64,000 bases of DNA from Deltaproteobacteria bacterium (GTDB lineage: Bacteria; Desulfobacterota; Desulfobacteria; Desulfobacterales; QNYZ01), in NCBI GenBank assembly GCA_003973265.1, contig QNYZ01000037.1, positions 2,220-66,219 on the forward strand. The letters run 5' to 3'. Position 1 is the first letter of the stretch, and each line of letters opens with the position of its first letter. The translations under genes were made by a program, and so were the position numbers. Positions 43,402 to 51,341 of the stretch are shown here, piece after piece. Below the pieces are notes generated by a model that had not been told where the DNA came from, searched no databases, and saw nothing but the letters and a program-made list of their open reading frames with translations.

Positions 43402-45738
43402 TCAGTATCCCCCGACGGTAGTATGGCCGCCGATTCCCTGATGGATACTGCCCAGGCCGTGCAGGGATATGGAAAATGCATATCTTGTATTCTCGGCTTC
43501 TTCGATATAGTCCAGGGAAAAAGTCCAGCAATCGGCCCGGTACTGCCATCCCAGCGCCCGCTTGACATCCTCCTTGGTGATCATGTCGCGTTCATATTCC
43601 GCATGGGCCGACAGGCGACGGGTGACCAGCGCGTATAGATATAGCTTTAAATGTTCCTGTTGATCGCCCTGGATACGATAGCTGGCCTGAAGCCGATCGC
43701 CGCGTCTGTCCCGGATAATGGCCTCCACATTTTTTTGCAGATAATCATTATCGTAGGTGTCATATTTCATATCCGCCTTGGCCCACAGGTAGGGAGAAGG
43801 CATAAAACGTATTTCACCGAAAATGGGGGAAAGCGGCCTGGGGTCATCCTTGTTGTCACTGGCTTCGTTAAAATCGTAACTCTGGGACAGAAAGAGCCGT
43901 AGAAATTCGCGATAATCGTATTTTCCGGCGCTGACAGGCATATCGGTCCGGGCGCTTTGTCCCTTTCGGCCGGTTTGTTTGAGCTTCGATGTAAATGAGC
44001 TGAGCAGTGTGTAGGTGATGGTATTATTCTTCTCAATTGGTTTAACCGGGGAAAAACGGGGCAGATCGTCCTGGCTGATGTCCGGGGTAAAATTATAAGA
44101 AATCTGGGGGCGGATGGCATGTTTTATTTTTTCAATGCGGTTGCCGCCAATCTGGTAAACCCGATACACTTCAGATGAGAATTTGCCGCCGATATCGTAC
44201 ATATTCCGGTGAATGGAGGTTTTCTGATTCTTGTCCTTATTGTCGGTCTCGCTGACATACCAATAGTTATATCGCCACCCGGCGGACGGTTCAATGGTGA
44301 AATAACGGCCGGCTCTCAAGGGAAGAAAGATGCGTGGATACCACTCGGCTTCATGCAGGCGGGTGATATCGCTGCTGGCATCACTGTCTTTCCGGAAATA
44401 ATGGATATAGTGGGTGTCTATCGTGTAAAACAGCGGCGTGCTGAAGATTTCCTGCTTTGAGCCGTTAAAGGTTACCCATGGTAACTGCTGGATCGTGGGG
44501 TCCTCGTCGCTGAATTGTCGCCGGATGACATCATCATACCAGGTTGCCCCCGTATTCAACCGGAACCTGGACCATGTACGGCTGATATTAATGATGTTTC
44601 GCCGAATCGTTTCATTGAAATCATCCAGATCCCGCCCGAAAGTATCAAAAAAATATTCATCCGTTGTATTAAATCCGGTCAGGCCATTTTTAAATTCCAG
44701 CAGATAATCCTGATCGCTGACAATATCCAGGTCAATCTTGGCGGTCAGGCCCCAGGGCAGGGTCTGTTGATCGTGTTTCATCCTGAACCAGTATCGCTCC
44801 CGGTTCGGACGTGTCTGGTCGTCGTGGGTATAGCCCCATCGATCACTGGAATCACCGGTGCCGTCATCCACCTGCCGGTCGTCCAGGTAATCGAACATAA
44901 TCGTCCCCCTGGACCGTGGGTCCAGGACATACCGAAATTCAGCGCCCCATTTATTGCCCCGGTTTTCCAGGTATTGCCAGTAAAGCGTGGCATCGGTACT
45001 GGGGCTGATCGCCCAGAAAAAGGGCTGGGTGTATTCAAAGCCATTCCGACTGTCGGATATGGCCAGTTCCGGGGGTAAAAATCCGGTTTCCCGGTTTCGT
45101 TTGATGGGAACCACCAGGAAAGGGGTGTAAAATACGGGCAGGTTTTTGATCCAGAGCGTGGTATGCCATGCGGTGGCGTAGCCCTCCATCGCCACGTTGA
45201 CATCTCTTCCGGTTATTTTCCAGTCCGGCGAATCACCGTCGCACGAGGTAATACTTGCTTTTTCAGCCGAGTATGTATGGGGACCGGTTTTCTGGATCTG
45301 GCTGCCGGTAATATGAAAATGACGGGCCTGAAAAAAGGCGCGGCCGTTGTAAATAGTGCCGGTTTCGTTACTCAGGTCCAGGTCCATCCGGTCACCGGCC
45401 ACCGTATCTTTCCCCGCCTTTACGACAACATGGCCAGACGCTTGAGCGGTCAGTTTTTTTGTACTGTACTGGATACTGTCCGCGGTAATGATTCGGTCTC
45501 CCTGGACCAGCTTTACATGACCCGTGGCATTAAAAAGCTGGGTATTTTTATCGTAGCTGACATTGTCTGCAAAAATCCGCCATGGCAGGTCGGACGAAAT
45601 GGTTTGCCCCCAGGAAGCGACAGGGGTAAACAACAGGACAAGAACGAACAGATAGACCGGTATGAGGCGTTGCCCTGAACATGCCCGTCTAACCGGATAC
45701 GATGATAGTTGGCTGGTGATCGTTTCCCAATTTTTCAT
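43402..45738 (-). CDS. lptD: LPS assembly protein LptD
   Basis: OstA-like N-domain, ITSCDGDSPDW, VFYTPF, RETGFLPP, aromatic-rich barrel, ADCW near the C-terminus. Confidence 0.9.
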   Translation of the reverse strand: MKNWETITSQLSSYPVRRACSGQRLIPVYLFVLVLLFTPVASWGQTISSDLPWRIFADNVSYDKNTQLFNATGHVKLVQGDRIITADSIQYSTKKLTAQASGHVVVKAGKDTVAGDRMDLDLSNETGTIYNGRAFFQARHFHITGSQIQKTGPHTYSAEKASITSCDGDSPDWKITGRDVNVAMEGYATAWHTTLWIKNLPVFYTPFLVVPIKRNRETGFLPPELAISDSRNGFEYTQPFFWAISPSTDATLYWQYLENRGNKWGAEFRYVLDPRSRGTIMFDYLDDRQVDDGTGDSSDRWGYTHDDQTRPNRERYWFRMKHDQQTLPWGLTAKIDLDIVSDQDYLLEFKNGLTGFNTTDEYFFDTFGRDLDDFNETIRRNIINISRTWSRFRLNTGATWYDDVIRRQFSDEDPTIQQLPWVTFNGSKQEIFSTPLFYTIDTHYIHYFRKDSDASSDITRLHEAEWYPRIFLPLRAGRYFTIEPSAGWRYNYWYVSETDNKDKNQKTSIHRNMYDIGGKFSSEVYRVYQIGGNRIEKIKHAIRPQISYNFTPDISQDDLPRFSPVKPIEKNNTITYTLLSSFTSKLKQTGRKGQSARTDMPVSAGKYDYREFLRLFLSQSYDFNEASDNKDDPRPLSPIFGEIRFMPSPYLWAKADMKYDTYDNDYLQKNVEAIIRDRRGDRLQASYRIQGDQQEHLKLYLYALVTRRLSAHAEYERDMITKEDVKRALGWQYRADCWTFSLDYIEEAENTRYAFSISLHGLGSIHQGIGGHTTVGGY

Positions 45739-46119
45739 TTAATCTCTTAATGTGCGGCATGAAAGTGAGGTTTTTACCGGTCTGATCAAGTAAAATGCTT
45801 TAACCGGGTTAAAATACTGATATGCTATAAATCCGACCTCGTTGAAAAAGTCAAGGTTTTGTTGTAACAGGCAGACATCCTGCCGGTTGCCGGGCAGGGT
45901 GAATATCGGCCACGATACACATAGACAAACGGCTTGAAACAGGGGCCGAATATCAGGTTGGACTAAAAATACGTGCAATCAGCCGGGTGACGGGTGAATG
46001 GATGTTTCAGAGATCGACCAGCCATTTCGGCTGGCGGTAATCAGGTTGACCAGTACTGTGCCCTTAAGCGGGTTTTTGGTGTGATACAAATGTCTTGAAC
46101 ATAAAATAATTGGGTGAAA

Positions 46120-48411
46120 ATGAAAAAAACCAATCCAGCAATTTTGAATACTATCGGCAACACGCCTCTGGTATTAATTAATCATTTGACTCCGAATCCC
46201 CGCGTGAAAATATATGCCAAACTGGAATATTTTAATCCCAGCGGCTCAATCAAGGATCGGGCGGCGTTGTATATGATTGAGGCCGGAGAGACGTCCGGGG
46301 AGTTGACACCGGAAAAAACGGTGATTGAGGCCACCAGCGGCAATACCGGTATCGGCCTGGCCTTGGTCTGTGCGGTGAAAGGATACCGTCTGCTCCTGAC
46401 GATGTCTGAATCTGTCAGTACCGAGCGGCAGAAAATTTTAAGGGCACGGGGGGCGGATATTCTGCTTACCCCGGCCCGGATGGGAACCGACGGGGCCATT
46501 GAAGAGGCGTATCGACTGGCCCGGGAAAATCCGGACAAGTTTTATTTGACCGATCAGTTTAACAATCCCGCCAACTGGCAGGCGCACTATGAGACCACGG
46601 CAGTGGAAATCTGGGAGCAGACGGCCGGGGAGGTGTCGGCGGTGGTGGTGGCTTTGGGAACATCGGGCACGGTCATGGGCATCCAGCGGCGTCTGAAAGA
46701 ATTTAATTCCCGCATAAGTATTGTGGGCGTAGAACCTTACCTGGGCCATAAGATCCAGGGCCTGAAAAACATGATGGAGTCGTATCGGCCTGAGATATTC
46801 GAAAAAGACCGCCTCGATCAGAAAATGAATATTGATGATGACCGTGCATTTGAGATGACCCGCCAATTGGCCAGAAAAGAAGGGCTGCTGGTGGGGATGA
46901 GTTCGGGCGCCGCAATGGCGGCCGCCTGTGATGTGGCCGAATCCCTCGAAGAGGGCCTCGTGGTCGCTGTTTTTCCGGACGGAGGCGAGCGGTATCTGAG
47001 TACATCGGTTTTTACCATGCCGTCATGTTCCGGTATGGACCTGTTCAATACCATGACCGGCCGGAAAGAGCCGTTTACTCCCCTGATACCTGACAAGGTA
47101 GACATCTATTCATGCGGACCCACGGTGGCCGCCCCGTTACATGTGGGGCAGTATCGCCGGTATGTTTTTTCTGATCTCCTCAGCCGGTACCTCAGATCAA
47201 AAAGGTATGTGGTGCGTCACATTACCAACATTACTGATTTCGATGACCGGACGATTGAGGGTTCTTTTGAGGCCGGAGAGGATCTCAAGACCTTTACCGA
47301 TAAAAATACCGCCCGTTTCAAAAAGGATCTGGAAATTCTGGGTATCGCCCCCGCCGACCGGTTTCCCCGAACGAGTGAGCATCTTCCAGAAATGGTACGG
47401 CTGGCTGAAAAACTCGTTGATAAAGGAGCGGCGTATGAAAAGCTGCGGTCGATATATTTTAATATCTCCCGGTTTTCCGGGTATGGGGAGCTTTCCGGGG
47501 TTGACATTGGCAAGATAAGAATCGGCGCTACGGTAGATCTGGATGAATATGAAAAAGACAATCCCAAGGATTTTACCCTGCTCAAGCGTTCAAGGCTTTC
47601 CGAACTTCGCCGGGGTATCCGTGTCCGTACGTCGTGGGGCAACACGCGGCCTTCCCTGCACCTGCAATGTGCCGCCATCGCCATGAAGTATCTGGGCGAG
47701 AGCTTTGATATCCACACGGGCAGCCGGGAACTTGTATTTCCCCATCACGAAAATGAAAGCGCCATTGCCGGTGCAGTAACCGGTCAGCCCCTGGCACATT
47801 ACTGGCTCCACAGTGAGCAGGTTATCATGGCGGACGGAAATCATCCAACCCTGCCCGAATTAACCGATCTGGGGTTTTCCGGCCGGGAAATTCGCTACTG
47901 GCTACTGTCCAGTCATTACCGTAAACCCCTTGTTTTTACCCTTGATGCCCTGCGCAATGCGCGGCGCTCGCTGGCCCGGATTGATCATTGCACCGACATG
48001 CTTAAACGTATTCAAAGCACCCGCAATGATATAAAAATTGACCAGCTCCTGTACGATTTAAAACACGGTTTTTCCGCTGCCATGGATGACGATTTGAATT
48101 CTTCCACGGCATTGGGGGCAATTTTCAAGGTAATCCGGCAGATTAACACCCTCAATAACCAGGGCCTTCTGGGAAAAGCCGCCGCCACCCTGATCCTGGA
48201 GCGATTTAAAAAGATCGATACCGTTTTGAATATCCTCGATGGCGGGCATGCGGTTGAAAATCCCAAAGCCCGGCAGTTGATCCATGCGCACAAACAGGCC
48301 CGGAAAGCTCACGATTTTGCCCGCGCGGATGCCATTCGGGATCAGCTGCGGCATCTGGGGATTCAGATAAGAGACAAGAAAATAACAGAATTGAATTTTG
48401 AAGAGGCATAA
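46120..48411 (+). CDS. Cysteine synthase (CysK/CysM-type) fused to cysteinyl-tRNA synthetase
   Basis: N-half: NPSGSIKDR (PLP Lys), EATSGNTG, GTSGT, DGGERYLS. C-half: YSCGPT, HVGQ, NITD, HLQC, DIHTG, FPHHENE, HYRKP, MDDDLN, ADAIRDQL. No stop between the halves. Confidence 0.93.
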   Translation: MKKTNPAILNTIGNTPLVLINHLTPNPRVKIYAKLEYFNPSGSIKDRAALYMIEAGETSGELTPEKTVIEATSGNTGIGLALVCAVKGYRLLLTMSESVSTERQKILRARGADILLTPARMGTDGAIEEAYRLARENPDKFYLTDQFNNPANWQAHYETTAVEIWEQTAGEVSAVVVALGTSGTVMGIQRRLKEFNSRISIVGVEPYLGHKIQGLKNMMESYRPEIFEKDRLDQKMNIDDDRAFEMTRQLARKEGLLVGMSSGAAMAAACDVAESLEEGLVVAVFPDGGERYLSTSVFTMPSCSGMDLFNTMTGRKEPFTPLIPDKVDIYSCGPTVAAPLHVGQYRRYVFSDLLSRYLRSKRYVVRHITNITDFDDRTIEGSFEAGEDLKTFTDKNTARFKKDLEILGIAPADRFPRTSEHLPEMVRLAEKLVDKGAAYEKLRSIYFNISRFSGYGELSGVDIGKIRIGATVDLDEYEKDNPKDFTLLKRSRLSELRRGIRVRTSWGNTRPSLHLQCAAIAMKYLGESFDIHTGSRELVFPHHENESAIAGAVTGQPLAHYWLHSEQVIMADGNHPTLPELTDLGFSGREIRYWLLSSHYRKPLVFTLDALRNARRSLARIDHCTDMLKRIQSTRNDIKIDQLLYDLKHGFSAAMDDDLNSSTALGAIFKVIRQINTLNNQGLLGKAAATLILERFKKIDTVLNILDGGHAVENPKARQLIHAHKQARKAHDFARADAIRDQLRHLGIQIRDKKITELNFEEA

Positions 48412-48413
48412 AC

Positions 48414-49496
48414 ATGATCCCGATCTATTTTCCGTTTACCGATATGCCGGAACCCGTGGCCGATCTTTTGGCCGCCGTGTTTGACCAGATCATCGTTTTA
48501 TCTCCATCAGAAAAGGCAATTGACCTGTCCATGGCGCATCAGATCCGTAAAGGCTGGTTATCTGTGATTGCGCCCTTTGAAGATGGGGATGCTGCACTGG
48601 ATAAGATCGTCCAGTCCTACCGGGCATGGGCCGACCTGCATGGACAGGACCGTCTAAACCGATTCGTCACGCAGAAACTACAGGCATCCTTTTCCGGCGA
48701 ATCATCTGCATTCACGCTGCTTGATGAAATTCGGGGACGCAGCCAGGGGGTAAGCCCGGACGCTGAAAAGGAATCCCGGCAGGGTTCGGATCGGGGCCCA
48801 GGCGGGGAGAAGAAAAAACCGGGAACAACCCGGCATCCAGATATCGATATTCAGAAAAGCCGTGTCCTTTTGGCCATTGCCCAGGAATACGATCGGAGAA
48901 ACCGGGAAATTCAGCAGGACCTGGTTTCGGCCGCTTCCATTGAGAAAAATTTCTTAAACGCATTACACGCAACAGCGGATGGGGCCATGCAGGGATCACC
49001 ACCTTCCCTTGTGTGGCCTGAAGGTGGGGAGCCGTCGTACATGCTGAGGGAGCGCCTTGCCGCCTGGACCTGCTTTCTCAATCAGGAAGCCGTCTCATCA
49101 TATCGAATCTTTGTTACCACCAGCGAACCCGTCATGACGCTATTGGCACAATCGTTGCCATCAACCGAGCCGCTGGCCACGATCAACAAGATAGGGATAA
49201 ACCCGATGCCTGGCCCGGACACACCTCCTGAGGCTGACCGGCGGTGGCAGGGAAAGCTGGCACAATGGCTGGCTGATCAGACGATATCTGTCGAAACCGT
49301 CGGATCATCTGCCCCGCCGGATCCTCCCGCTGTACAAAACGGAGCGCCGTCAATTTCCCTGAAAATTTACCGTACCGATAAATCTCCCCGGCAATGGTTT
49401 CAGCAGGCGGCAGGGATAACCAGTGATATTCAAACGGAATCCGATTCCCGTGTCACTGGGCCGGCCACCGTGCTGGTATTTGTTTCCACGGACTGA
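48414..49496 (+). CDS. Hypothetical protein
   Basis: 360-aa ORF starting 2 nt after the fusion gene stop with a GAGG SD; no recognisable motif. Confidence 0.7.
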   Translation: MIPIYFPFTDMPEPVADLLAAVFDQIIVLSPSEKAIDLSMAHQIRKGWLSVIAPFEDGDAALDKIVQSYRAWADLHGQDRLNRFVTQKLQASFSGESSAFTLLDEIRGRSQGVSPDAEKESRQGSDRGPGGEKKKPGTTRHPDIDIQKSRVLLAIAQEYDRRNREIQQDLVSAASIEKNFLNALHATADGAMQGSPPSLVWPEGGEPSYMLRERLAAWTCFLNQEAVSSYRIFVTTSEPVMTLLAQSLPSTEPLATINKIGINPMPGPDTPPEADRRWQGKLAQWLADQTISVETVGSSAPPDPPAVQNGAPSISLKIYRTDKSPRQWFQQAAGITSDIQTESDSRVTGPATVLVFVSTD

Positions 49497-49727
49497 TATT
49501 TGCGTAATATACCGGTAAATCAGGATAAACAACACTTGGGCGGGGGGGTATCCTAATAAATTTAAAAGGGAAGGGAAAGGCTTGACTCACGCTTTTATTT
49601 GATATATGGGAGCGGTCGTGTAGCAATTACGGTCTTTTATGACCGTTTTAACATTCGGTTCCGAATATATGGAGCGGCAAAATATAAGGATCGGCAAACT
49701 TTTATTTTCTGAAAGGAGAAATTGAGC

Positions 49728-49916
49728 ATGTCTTTTAACGTTACGGTAGATGAGGAAAAATGCGTCGGTTGTGAAGAATGTGTCGATGTCTGCCCGGTAG
49801 AGGTATTTGAAATGGTAGACGAAAAATCACAGCCGGTGAATGCGGAAGAATGCCTCGGTTGTGAAAGCTGTGTTGAAGTATGTGAAGAAGAAGCGATCAC
49901 CGTAGAAGAAGTGTAG
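49728..49916 (+). CDS. Acidic 2x[4Fe-4S] ferredoxin
   Basis: CVGCEECVDVCP and CLGCESCVEVC; AAGGAG SD. Confidence 0.95.
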   Translation: MSFNVTVDEEKCVGCEECVDVCPVEVFEMVDEKSQPVNAEECLGCESCVEVCEEEAITVEEV

Positions 49917-49920
49917 TTTT

Positions 49921-49957
49921 TTTCCCCGATCCCGGGCAGTGCCCGGGATCGGGGAAA
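49921..49957. repeat. Perfect 18-bp inverted repeat after the ferredoxin gene (terminator/stabiliser)
   Basis: TTTCCCCGATCCCGGGCA-G-TGCCCGGGATCGGGGAAA. Confidence 0.85.
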
Positions 49958-50214
49958 TAACCCATGCCAAGAGTTTATCGCAACCATCCTCGTTTTATCC
50001 ATTCCCTTTAACCCGTGTTTTTTTTCAAACGGCTGCCTGAAAGATGGCCATTGGATTTGCAGCTGCCGTCACCGGAATACGCTAACACGTGATCCTTCGT
50101 GGTAACCACAAGAAGAACAGGTCTATTTTGCGGACATTTGAATTGGACGGCGGGCCTGACCCGCTGGCCCATACCACTTGCACCGGCTGATGAACTGTGT
50201 TAGTGCCTGTCGCC

Positions 50215-50547
50215 ATGAAACAATACGTTATTGATGAATTACAATCTGGAGACAGCGAAAAAATAGTAGAATATGTAAAGCATCATTTTTCCGCAACGGG
50301 TCTTGACCAGGTTTACTGGGTGATTCTTCCCGATGACCTGTTAAGCGATACCCAGAAAGCGCATCGGGAATGCCGGCCGTTTTATGTGGCTGTCGAGCTG
50401 ATGGATACTTCCGTGAAGTGTGAATTGCTGGTACGCTCAAAAAAGCGACTGGGTTGTGACTGTATCTGTTATGCGGATCGGCAGCAGCGTAACTGGGTGA
50501 TAGATCAGATGGATCTGATGATTGATGATCTGGGTATTCAGACATGA
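50215..50547 (+). CDS. Hypothetical protein, Cys/His-containing
   Basis: MKQYVIDEL...HRECRP...CDCICYA; ATGA overlap with the next gene. Confidence 0.7.
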   Translation: MKQYVIDELQSGDSEKIVEYVKHHFSATGLDQVYWVILPDDLLSDTQKAHRECRPFYVAVELMDTSVKCELLVRSKKRLGCDCICYADRQQRNWVIDQMDLMIDDLGIQT

Positions 50548-51260
50548 AGTTGTCTTTTGCTCAAAAAATTCATTCGTGGGTCATCGTCTTGTGGGCCGTC
50601 ATGTCGATTGTTATTATGGGCTCTGCCGCTATTGTGGCCGCATTTTTCTCGAAGGATGGCCATGTTCCCCATCTCATCGGCAGATTTTGGGCCAAATCCA
50701 TATTGTGGATCAGCCGGGTAAAGGTAGACGTACAGGGAAAGGATCATCTTGATCCTGAGGTTTCCCATGTCTTTATGGCCAACCACCAGAGTTTTTTCGA
50801 TATACCCGTTTTACTGGGAGAGCTGCCCTGTCAGTTTCGCTGGCTGGCCAAGGCGGAGTTGTTTAAAGTTCCGTTGTTTGGGGCAGCCATGCGGGGGGCC
50901 GGTTATATCAGTATTGACCGGTCGGATCGCCATGCCGCCATCAAAAGCCTGAAAATTGCGGCCGGGAAAATAAAAAACGGTGTGTCGGTATTGATATTTC
51001 CGGAAGGTACGAGGAGCCGCGACGGCCGTCTGCGTCCGTTTAAAAAAGGAGGCTTTTTCCTTGCAATCGATTCCGGCGTGCCGATTATACCCATCGTGAT
51101 TCACGGCACCCGGGAGATCATGCCCAGGGATACACTGGATATTCGGCCGGGGAAAGTAAGGGTCGATATTCATATGCCTATTAAATCAACAGATTATTGT
51201 CGTGATACAAAGGATGATCTTCTGAAAAAAGTTCGGAATGAGTTCACCGGGCAGTTATAG
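50544..51260 (+). CDS. plsC: 1-acyl-sn-glycerol-3-phosphate acyltransferase
   Basis: NHQSFFD, IDR, FPEGTRS, FKKG. Confidence 0.88.
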   Translation: MKLSFAQKIHSWVIVLWAVMSIVIMGSAAIVAAFFSKDGHVPHLIGRFWAKSILWISRVKVDVQGKDHLDPEVSHVFMANHQSFFDIPVLLGELPCQFRWLAKAELFKVPLFGAAMRGAGYISIDRSDRHAAIKSLKIAAGKIKNGVSVLIFPEGTRSRDGRLRPFKKGGFFLAIDSGVPIIPIVIHGTREIMPRDTLDIRPGKVRVDIHMPIKSTDYCRDTKDDLLKKVRNEFTGQL

Positions 51261-51341
51261 CAGCGGTATCCTGGATTTAATGCGCGACATGGCGGTTGAC
51301 TACCCGGAGGGGACTTGAAAAGAGAAATGGGTTCGTTTTAA

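Noticed and set aside
45739-46119. T-box or ops element between lptD and the CysK-CysRS gene
   Set aside because: No T-box AGGTGGTACCGCG-like motif; GGCGGTAA at ~46033 is an imperfect ops and on the strand opposite the NusG paralogue.
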